The notes below the pieces were generated by a model, which was given only the letters and a program-made list of their open reading frames with translations, did not search any database and was not told the origin of the DNA. From assembly GCA_965205265.1 (NCBI GenBank), contig CBDBGH010000003.1, positions 2,112,001 through 2,176,000 of the forward strand: a DNA stretch of 64,000 nucleotides, given 5' to 3'. The DNA is from Alphaproteobacteria bacterium (GTDB lineage Bacteria; Pseudomonadota; Alphaproteobacteria; Bin95). Within the stretch, counting starts at the first letter, position 1; the number at the start of each line of letters is the position of its first letter. Position numbers and translations under genes: made by a program. Positions 31,044 to 38,575 of this stretch are shown one piece after another.

Positions 31044-31372
31044 CTCGGACCCTCCGGTTTGCCTGTGAAGAGCTCGCTCTTCCCTCTGGGCACTCTAGAT
31101 GCCGTCGGCCCGAGAGGGTCCAACTCAACCCCCACAACCAACAACATCAGGACAGGGAGGCGTCCATCCCATTTCTATGACACATAGCGCGGCGTCCCGC
31201 CGGGTCGCATGATGAAACATGAGGAGCTCATATGGATAGGTTGACGGGGAGGCCGGCGACACTTTTTCCGTCATGCCCGGACTTGTTCCGTATGCGGTGC
31301 GAGCGCCCCACCTTCATACAGGCCTGGTGATGTGGGAGTTAGGGTTCGGAATGAGACGAAGGGAATTTCTCA

Positions 31373-31771
31373 TTGGAGCCCTCAGCAGAGCTTCTCACCA
31401 ACGCCAGGGTTGAAGTGTTGCCGGCGCGTGGCGGCTTTCGCCGTCGCTGGCCGGCTTCGGTGAAAGCGCGGATTGTTGCCGAGACACTGGAGGAAGGCGC
31501 GACGGTCGCCGGGGTAGCGCGTCGCTACGAGATCAACTCGAACCAGCTGTCGGAATGGCGCCGCCAGGCACGGAAGGGCCTTCTGGTGTTGCCTGCGGAG
31601 GGCGAGATGGGTTTTGCTCCGGTGGTCTTGCGTCAGGATGAGCGCCGGGTTCCCGCTGCGGGCAGCGACCGCCTGGAAGTGATCCAGGACCGGGTGACGC
31701 TCCGTCTGGACGCCGCGACACCGGCTTGCCGGATCGCCGAGATCGTGTCGGCGTTGAACGCATCGGTATGA
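31373..31771 (+). CDS. tnpA: IS66 TnpA (HTH)
   Basis: RRRWPASVKARIVAETL...VARRYEINSNQLSEWRR. Confidence 0.88.
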   Translation: MEPSAELLTNARVEVLPARGGFRRRWPASVKARIVAETLEEGATVAGVARRYEINSNQLSEWRRQARKGLLVLPAEGEMGFAPVVLRQDERRVPAAGSDRLEVIQDRVTLRLDAATPACRIAEIVSALNASV

Positions 31772-32121
31772 TCTTCCCATCGAACCGGGTCCGGATCGTG
31801 GTTGCGACGAAGCCCGTGGACTTCAGGAAGCAGCACGACGGCCTTGTTGCGCATGTGAAGAGCGTATTGCGCAAGGACCCGTTCACGGGAACGGTCTTCG
31901 CGTTCCGTACGAAACGAGCTGACAGGCTGAAGCTGATCTACTGGGACGGGACCGGCCTGGTGATGGTCTACAAGCGTCTGGAGGACCAGGGCTTTGTCTG
32001 GCCGGCGATCCGCGACGGGGTGATGTCGCTGAGCCATGCGCAGTTCGAGGCGCTGTTCTCCGGGCTGGACTGGCGCCGTGTGCGAGCGCTGTCGGCACGG
32101 CGCCCGGCTGAGGCCGAATGA
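31768..32121 (+). CDS. tnpB: IS66 accessory protein TnpB
   Basis: PVDFRK, DRLKLIYWDGTG..YKRLE. Confidence 0.92.
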   Translation: MIFPSNRVRIVVATKPVDFRKQHDGLVAHVKSVLRKDPFTGTVFAFRTKRADRLKLIYWDGTGLVMVYKRLEDQGFVWPAIRDGVMSLSHAQFEALFSGLDWRRVRALSARRPAEAE

Positions 32122-32176
32122 CTCACTGGGCGGATCGGGGCGTGCCGCGTCCCGACACTGTGCTACCAGACTGGCC

Positions 32177-33820
32177 ATGCCGGCCCTTGCGGAGATCGAC
32201 CTCGGAACGCTGACGCCCGAACAGCGGGAAGCGGCGGTGCAGGCAATCGCGGCGCTGGAGGTGCTTCGCGCCGAGAACGAGACGCTGGCGGAAGAGAAGG
32301 CCTGTCTCGCGGGCGAGAACGAAGTTCTGACGGACCGCAACGGGGCTCAGGCGGAGCGCATCCGCCGTCTCGAACATCTGAACCTCGAACTGATCCGCCT
32401 TCTGTATGGCAAGAGGTCGGAGAAGCTGTCGGCGGACGAGCGCCAGCTGGCGTTCGAGGACCTTGAGGGCGCGGCGGCGGAGATCGAAGCAGCGGCCGCG
32501 CCGGAAGATCCGACGCCGGCCCAATCGCCGAAGCGTCCTCGCCCGGCGCGCAATATCGGCCACTTGCCGGAGCATCTGGAGCGGATCGAGCAGGTGGTCG
32601 AGCCGGAGAGCACGCTCTGCCCCTGCGGCTGCGGGGAGATGGTGAAGATCGGCGAGGATCGCACGGAGCGCCTGGACATCGTGCCGGCGCAGCTTCGGGT
32701 GATCGTCACGGTGCGGCCGAAATACGCCTGCCGGGCCTGCGAACAGGGCGTCACCCAGGCGCCGGCGCCGGCCCGGCTGATCGAGGGCGGGTTGCCGACC
32801 GAAGGCGCGATCGCCCATGTGCTCGTCTCCAAATACCTGGACCATTGCCCGTTGCACCGGCAGGCGCAGGTCTATGCCCGTTCCGGCCTCGATCTGGACC
32901 GCTCGACGCTGGCCGGCTGGGTCGGCAGGGCGTCATTCCATCTGAAACCGGTGGCCGACCGGCTGGCGGAGCATCTCAAGCGCTCTTCGAAGCTGTTCAT
33001 GGACGAGACGCGGGCGCCGGTGCTCGATCCGGGCCGCGGCAGGACCAAGACCGGCTGGCTGTGGGCGCTGGCCCGCGACGACCGTGCCTGGAGCGGACCC
33101 GACCCGCCGGGCGTTGTGTACTTCTATGCGCCCGGGCGCGGCGGTGAATATGCCGAGCGCTTCCTCGACGGCTTCGATGGTATCCTCCAGGTGGATGGCT
33201 ATGCCGGCTACAACCGGCTGACTGGACCGAGCCGCAAGGGCGGCGCGCCGATACGGCTGGCTTACTGCTGGTCCCACGCGAGGCGCCGGCTCCGCGAGAT
33301 CTACGACAGCAGCGGCTCCGAGATCGCGGCAGAGGGCCTGCGCCGGATCGCCGAGCTCTACGCCATCGAGGCCGACATCCGCGGCAGCCCGCCCGAGCAA
33401 CGTCTCGCAGAACGACACGCGCGCTCCGCGCCCCTGGTCGAGGCCTTCGGCGACTGGCTGAAGCAGCAGCGCGCCCGCATCTCGCCCAAGTCCCGCCTCG
33501 GCGAGAAGCTCGCCTATATCGCCCGTCACTGGGACGGCCTCCGGCTGTTCCTCGCCGACGGCCGCGTCGAGATGGACAGCAATGCCGTCGAGAACCTCGC
33601 CCGGCCGATTGCCCTTACAAGGAAAAACGCGCTCTTCGCGGGTCACGACGAAGGCGCAGTCGCCTGGGGCCGGATCGCTTCACTCACCCAGACCGCCAGG
33701 TTGAACGGGGTCGAGCCCTACGCCTGGCTCAAGGCCACCCTCGAAGCCATCGCGGTCGGCCATCCCAACGACCGCATCGACGACCTGCTCCCGTGGAACT
33801 TCAAGCCGTCGTCAAGCTGA
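32177..33820 (+). CDS. tnpC: IS66 transposase TnpC
   Basis: CPCGC/CRAC zinc finger, FMDET, QVDGYAGY, CWSHARR, IDDLLPWN. Confidence 0.94.
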   Translation: MPALAEIDLGTLTPEQREAAVQAIAALEVLRAENETLAEEKACLAGENEVLTDRNGAQAERIRRLEHLNLELIRLLYGKRSEKLSADERQLAFEDLEGAAAEIEAAAAPEDPTPAQSPKRPRPARNIGHLPEHLERIEQVVEPESTLCPCGCGEMVKIGEDRTERLDIVPAQLRVIVTVRPKYACRACEQGVTQAPAPARLIEGGLPTEGAIAHVLVSKYLDHCPLHRQAQVYARSGLDLDRSTLAGWVGRASFHLKPVADRLAEHLKRSSKLFMDETRAPVLDPGRGRTKTGWLWALARDDRAWSGPDPPGVVYFYAPGRGGEYAERFLDGFDGILQVDGYAGYNRLTGPSRKGGAPIRLAYCWSHARRRLREIYDSSGSEIAAEGLRRIAELYAIEADIRGSPPEQRLAERHARSAPLVEAFGDWLKQQRARISPKSRLGEKLAYIARHWDGLRLFLADGRVEMDSNAVENLARPIALTRKNALFAGHDEGAVAWGRIASLTQTARLNGVEPYAWLKATLEAIAVGHPNDRIDDLLPWNFKPSSS

Positions 33821-33896
33821 AATCCGGGTGACCCGCCCGCATCGCTTACCTTGTTCCGGGCATCTCCCTCCACCGCTTCTCCCGGGGCGGCCGCAT

Positions 33897-33924
33897 GGAT
33901 GCCCGGAACAAGTCCGGGCATGAC
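33897..33924. repeat. REP-like palindrome (partner arm 31270-31289 plus 33858-33864)
   Basis: GGATGCCCGGAACAAGTCCGGGCATGAC; same family as 61518-61603. Confidence 0.8.
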
Positions 33925-34165
33925 GATATGGGGGCGGGCATGACGCGGAAGAGAAGGCGCGAAGCCTCGCAAACCTGTTGTCACCCTATCCATATGAGCC
34001 CCAAACATGACATTTCATGACGCTTCCCTGGAATGGGCTCCCGGGTCCGGACAGTCGGGTTGAAGAGAATTGACAGCTGTGCGTGCAATGGAAGGATGGA
34101 CGCTCATGAGGAAGCAGCGCAGGCGCAGCATCCGTAGCCTGGAGAGATTCGGAGACCGGGTTCGG

Positions 34166-34864
34166 ATGGTTCGGTTCCGACCGGTTCTGGTCCTTGCGGC
34201 GGCCATTGCCGTCCATGCGGGGCCGCACCCGGCGGAGGCCGGCGATGCGGACGCCGGTCGTCAGGTGTTCGACCAGTGCAAGGCCTGCCATGAGGTCGGC
34301 GCCGGGGCCCGGCACGGCATCGGCCCGCATCTGAACGGCCTCTTCGGCCGGGTCGCGGCAAGCCATCCGGACTTCATCTATTCCGGGAGCTTCCTCCGGC
34401 TCAGGGACGACGGGCATGTCTGGAGCGCCGAGACGCTCGACGCCCTCATCGGGGAGCCGGCCGCCGTCGCCCCCGACTCCCGGATGACCTTCGACGGGAT
34501 TGCGGATGCAGGCGCGCGGGCCGACCTGGTCGCCTTCCTGCAAAGCATCGGGGACGGGACCGGCGTGGCGCTGATTTCCGGCAGCGCCGAGGACCACGGC
34601 ATCGATCCGGCCGTTCTGGCCATCGAGGGCGACCCCGAATACGGCGCCTGGCTCAGCGGCGAGTGCACGACCTGCCACCGGGCGGACGGAGGCGACAAGG
34701 GCATACCCTCCATCCTGCGCTGGCCGGTGGACCGGTTCGTCATCGCGATGCACGATTACAGGAACAAGCGCCGCGAGCACCCGGTCATGCAGATGATTGC
34801 GGCGCGGCTCGGCGACGAGGAAATCGCCGCGCTTGCCGCCTACTTCGCCAATCCCGCAGAATGA
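34166..34864 (+). CDS. Di-haem c-type cytochrome (SoxE-like)
   Basis: Signal peptide, CKACH and CTTCH; adjacent to the flavoprotein. Confidence 0.85.
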   Translation: MVRFRPVLVLAAAIAVHAGPHPAEAGDADAGRQVFDQCKACHEVGAGARHGIGPHLNGLFGRVAASHPDFIYSGSFLRLRDDGHVWSAETLDALIGEPAAVAPDSRMTFDGIADAGARADLVAFLQSIGDGTGVALISGSAEDHGIDPAVLAIEGDPEYGAWLSGECTTCHRADGGDKGIPSILRWPVDRFVIAMHDYRNKRREHPVMQMIAARLGDEEIAALAAYFANPAE

Positions 34865-34917
34865 GGACCCAACCCGCCCGTCACGACGACAACGCAACGC
34901 ACAAGGAGGAACCTGCT

Positions 34918-36180
34918 ATGAAACTCGACAGGAGATCATTCGTCGGCTCGACGGCCGCTACCGCGGCCTTGCTTGCAGCGCCGGCAGCCATCGGCCAGGG
35001 CCGCCCTCGCGTGGTCGTCATCGGCGGCGGCGCCGGCGGCGCCACGGCGGCGCGCTACATCGCCAGGGACAGCAAGGGCGCCATAGACGTCACCCTCGTG
35101 GAGCCGACCCGCACCTACTACACCTGCTTCTTCTCGAACCTCTATATCGGAGGCTTCAAGGAAGTCGCGGATATCGGGCACACTTACGGCCGGCTCGCCA
35201 GCGCCCACGGCGTCAATGTCGTGCATGACTGGGCCGTCGGCGTGGACCGCACGGCCAAGACGGTGAGCCTCGCAGGGGGCGCCACGCTCTCCTATGACAG
35301 GCTTATCCTCTCGCCGGGCATCGACTTCGTCGAAGGGGCCGTGGAGGGCTGGGATGTCGGCGCGCAGAACGCAATGCCGCACGCCTACAAGGCCGGCTCG
35401 CAGAGCGAACTGTTACGGGCGCAGGTCCGCGCCATGCCGGAGGGCGGCGTTTACGCCATGGTCGCCCCGCCCAACCCGTTTCGGTGCCCGCCGGGACCCT
35501 ATGAGCGCATCTGCATGGTGGCGCACCACCTCAAGGCCCACAATCCGACGGCGAAGATCATCATCGCCGATCCGAAGCCCAAATTCTCCAAGATGGGGCT
35601 CTTCCAGGAGGGCTGGGCCGACCACTATGGCGGCATGATCGACTGGATCGGGCCGGAGTTCGGCGGCGACAAGGTGTCGGTCGATCCCGCCGGCATGACC
35701 GTCATCATCGACGGCGAAGAGACGAAGGTAGATGTCTGCAACGTCATTCCGGCCATGAAGGCCGGGCGCATTGCCGAGCTTGCCCGCGTCACCGACGGCA
35801 ACTGGGCCCCGGTCAGCGCCTACGACATGTCCTCGAAGGCGGACGCGGATGTCCATGTCCTCGGCGATGCCGCCCAGCAGGGCGACATGCCGAAATCGGG
35901 CTTCTCGGCCAACAGCCAGGCGAAGGTCTGCGCCAATGCCGTGCGCGGCGCGCTCACCGGGTCGAAGGTGTTCCCGGCCAGATACTCCAATACCTGCTGG
36001 TCGCTCATCTCGACGGAGAACGGCGTCAAGGTCGGCGCGTCCTACGAGGCGACCGACGAGAAGATCGCCAAGACGGACGGCTTCATCTCCAAGACCGGCG
36101 AAACTGCGGAGCTGCGCAAGGCCACCTACGAAGAGTCGGAAGGCTGGTATTCCGGCATCACGGCCGACATCTTCGGCTGA
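34918..36180 (+). CDS. soxF: Flavocytochrome c sulfide dehydrogenase flavoprotein (SoxF/FccB)
   Basis: Tat DRRSF, GGGAGG, RCPPGPYER, MPKSGFSANSQAK, NTCWS. Confidence 0.88.
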   Translation: MKLDRRSFVGSTAATAALLAAPAAIGQGRPRVVVIGGGAGGATAARYIARDSKGAIDVTLVEPTRTYYTCFFSNLYIGGFKEVADIGHTYGRLASAHGVNVVHDWAVGVDRTAKTVSLAGGATLSYDRLILSPGIDFVEGAVEGWDVGAQNAMPHAYKAGSQSELLRAQVRAMPEGGVYAMVAPPNPFRCPPGPYERICMVAHHLKAHNPTAKIIIADPKPKFSKMGLFQEGWADHYGGMIDWIGPEFGGDKVSVDPAGMTVIIDGEETKVDVCNVIPAMKAGRIAELARVTDGNWAPVSAYDMSSKADADVHVLGDAAQQGDMPKSGFSANSQAKVCANAVRGALTGSKVFPARYSNTCWSLISTENGVKVGASYEATDEKIAKTDGFISKTGETAELRKATYEESEGWYSGITADIFG

Positions 36181-36275
36181 CCGTGCAACGCCGCCGGCGC
36201 GGCGCAAGGGGAGCATGAGGCACCCGGTTGGCGCCTCCTCCCCGCCGCTTGCGCCGGCGCCTCGCCCCCGTTGCG

Positions 36276-36310
36276 TTGACGGTATTTCGGGGGGGGGGGG
36301 GGGGTACACT
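36276..36310 (+). promoter_or_regulatory. Candidate sigma70 promoter with a G16 tract in the spacer
   Basis: TTGACG (36276-36281), gtatttc, G16 (36289-36304), TACACT (36305-36310). Confidence 0.55.
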
Positions 36311-36362
36311 GGAAGGTAGCGATGTCTTGAAGAAGCGCACACGAACGACCGGGGAGGAAGAC

Positions 36363-37658
36363 ATGCCAAAGGATTCTCACGAAAACAAAGGACTTTACGC
36401 ATATTTCGCGGAAAACCCGGAGGAGGCGCGCCGGCAGTTTTTCGAGCCGGCGCCGGGGTTGAGCCGGCGCGGTTTCTTCGCCGGCGCCGGGCTGGCGGCC
36501 GCGGGCGGCCTGCTCGGCATGACGATCCCCTTCTACGCCAACATGCCGCGCGGGCTGGTGCCGGCCGCCTTCGCTTCCGAGGACGTGCTGGTCGGCAAGG
36601 ACGGGCTGACGCTCCTCAACGACCGGCCGATCAATGCCGAAACGCCGGCGCACCTGCTCGACGACGCGATCACGCCCACCGACCGGCACTTCATCCGCAA
36701 TAACGGCCTGCCTCCGGAAGAGGCCGATGCCGCCGGCTGGACGCTCGCCGTGGACGGGCTGGTGGACAACCCGATGGAGCTGTCCATCGAGGACCTGAAG
36801 ACCGGGTTCGAGGTGGTGACCATGGCGCTCACCATCGAGTGCGGCGGCAACGGACGGGCCTTTTTCGACCCGCCGGCGCGGGGCAACCAGTGGACGGTCG
36901 GCGCGGTCGGCTGCTCGGAGTGGACCGGCGTCAGGCTTGCCGATGTGCTGAAGAAGGCCGGGGTCAGGCCGGGCGCGGTCTATACCGCGCATTACGGCGC
37001 CGACACCCATCTCTCCGGCAAGGAGGGCAAGCTGCCGATCTCGCGCGGCGTGCCGATCGCCAAGGCCATGACCGACAATGTGCTGATCGCCTTTGCGATG
37101 AACGGCGGGCCGCTGCACAGGCAGAACGGCGCGCCGCTCCGCCTCGTCGTGCCGGGCTGGCCGGGCTCCTGCTCGCAGAAATGGCTGAAACGCATCCAGC
37201 TTCGCGACATCGTGCATGACGGGCCGAAGATGACGGGCACCTCCTACCGGGTGCCGCGCTATCCGGTCGCTCCCGGCGACAAGGTGCCGAAGGAGGACTT
37301 CGACATCATCGAGCGCATGCCGGTGAAGAGCCTCGTGACATCGCCGGAGAACGGCGGTGCGGCGGGCCGGGAGGTGGAGGTGCGCGGCCACGCCTGGTCG
37401 GGAGACCGCACGGTTTCCGCCGTCGATCTTTCGAACGATTTCGGCAAGAGCTGGATGGCGGCCGAGCTGGACGGGCCGGTCAATCCCGGCGCATGGCAGA
37501 ACTGGCGGCGCACGGTCGCCTTCCCCGAGGCCGGTTATTACGAGGTCTGGGCGCGGGCGACCGACAGCGCCGGCGAGATGCAGCCCTTCGCCATCGACTG
37601 GAACCCGAAAGGCTATCTCAACAACACCATGCACCGGGTCGCGCTGCGCGTGGCCTGA
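36363..37658 (+). CDS. Periplasmic molybdopterin sulfite dehydrogenase (SorA/SorT/SoxC family)
   Basis: Tat SRRGFF, FIRNNG, ECGGNGR (Mo-binding Cys), GAPLRLVVPGW, WNPKGY. Confidence 0.92.
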   Translation: MPKDSHENKGLYAYFAENPEEARRQFFEPAPGLSRRGFFAGAGLAAAGGLLGMTIPFYANMPRGLVPAAFASEDVLVGKDGLTLLNDRPINAETPAHLLDDAITPTDRHFIRNNGLPPEEADAAGWTLAVDGLVDNPMELSIEDLKTGFEVVTMALTIECGGNGRAFFDPPARGNQWTVGAVGCSEWTGVRLADVLKKAGVRPGAVYTAHYGADTHLSGKEGKLPISRGVPIAKAMTDNVLIAFAMNGGPLHRQNGAPLRLVVPGWPGSCSQKWLKRIQLRDIVHDGPKMTGTSYRVPRYPVAPGDKVPKEDFDIIERMPVKSLVTSPENGGAAGREVEVRGHAWSGDRTVSAVDLSNDFGKSWMAAELDGPVNPGAWQNWRRTVAFPEAGYYEVWARATDSAGEMQPFAIDWNPKGYLNNTMHRVALRVA

Positions 37659-37666
37659 CCGCGCCG

Positions 37667-38362
37667 ATGCGGACCGTCATGGCGGCGGCGCTGCTGCTTG
37701 CCTGCGCAGCGGCAGCGCCCGCCGGCGCGGCCGAACTGGAGGCCCGCCTCGCCGCGGCCGATCCCGCGCGCGGCAAGAAGGTGTTTCGCAAGTGCGCCGC
37801 CTGCCACACGGCCGAGAAGGGCGGCCGCAAGAAGATCGGGCCCAATCTCTGGGGCATTGTCGGCGCGCCGGTCGGGGCGAGGGAAGGATTCGGCTATTCC
37901 AGGGCGATGACGGCGTTCGGCGGCAGCTGGTCGCCGGAGCGCCTCGACGCCTATCTGGCGAAGCCGCGCGCGGTGGTGAAGGGCGGCTCGATGAGCTTCG
38001 CCGGGCTGAAACGCGGACGCGACCGCGCCGATGTCATCGCCTTCCTGAACGGGATGAGCGACAGCCCGGCCGATTTCGGGAGGGCGTCTGCGGCGCCGGC
38101 CGTTCCGCAGGCCCCGGAGCCGGAGGACTTCGGCCTGATGGTCAGCGCGCCCGGCGCCTCCGAGACCTTCGACGCCTGCACGCCCTGCCACTCGGAGCGG
38201 ATCGTCGTGCAGCAGGGCCTGACGCGGGAGCAATGGGACGAGCTTATGGTGTGGATGGTCGAGGAGCAGGAGATGGAGCCGATAGAGGACAACGCGCTCG
38301 CGGTCATCCTCGACTATCTGGCGGAGCATTACGGCCCCGACCGCCCGAACTTCCCGCGCTGA
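37667..38362 (+). CDS. Di-haem c-type cytochrome, probable electron acceptor of the sulfite dehydrogenase
   Basis: CAACH (c2-like, IGPNLWG) plus CTPCH...WMVEEQEM. Confidence 0.85.
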   Translation: MRTVMAAALLLACAAAAPAGAAELEARLAAADPARGKKVFRKCAACHTAEKGGRKKIGPNLWGIVGAPVGAREGFGYSRAMTAFGGSWSPERLDAYLAKPRAVVKGGSMSFAGLKRGRDRADVIAFLNGMSDSPADFGRASAAPAVPQAPEPEDFGLMVSAPGASETFDACTPCHSERIVVQQGLTREQWDELMVWMVEEQEMEPIEDNALAVILDYLAEHYGPDRPNFPR

Positions 38363-38575
38363 CAGGCGGCATCCGATACAGATTGCAGCGTCCGCCCCCA
38401 GCCCGGCCCTTCAGGATGGCTCCGCGAATGCCGCGATACACCTCTGCAATCAATTCTATTTTCAAAAGCTGTACCCCTTCGCCCCCTCCTGTTACCAACT
38501 TTCTTATATCTGACTCTTGACTATTCACGAGAATATAACTTCAGAAAAATCAATAATGAAGCGCTTGGATCTACT

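Larger units (their letters stand above)
29773..31174 (-). mobile_element. IS110-family, IS1111-subgroup element
   Basis: Perfect 13-bp subterminal IR ATGGACGCCTCCC (29775-29787 / 31155-31167), CATTT core at both junctions, long non-coding region downstream of the transposase. Confidence 0.88.
31290..33849 (+). mobile_element. IS66-family element
   Basis: Ends GTATGCGGTGCGAGCG / CGCCCGCATCGCTTAC; 8-bp duplication CTTGTTCC; three-ORF layout. Confidence 0.93.
31223..34002. mobile_element. MITE (~212 bp net) carrying a palindrome pair, interrupted by IS66
   Basis: 23-bp TIR GG(A/G)GCTCATATGGATAGG(T/G)TGAC (31223-31245, 33980-34002); 8-bp duplication AAACATGA (31215-31222, 34003-34010). Confidence 0.8.

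Noticed and set aside
31768-32121. IS66 TnpB as an RNA-guided TnpB nuclease
   Set aside because: Name coincidence: a 117-aa IS66 accessory protein without a RuvC domain
29750-34025. CRISPR-like mini-array from the CATGAC repeats
   Set aside because: Only two imperfect units after removing the insertions, and no cas genes in the window
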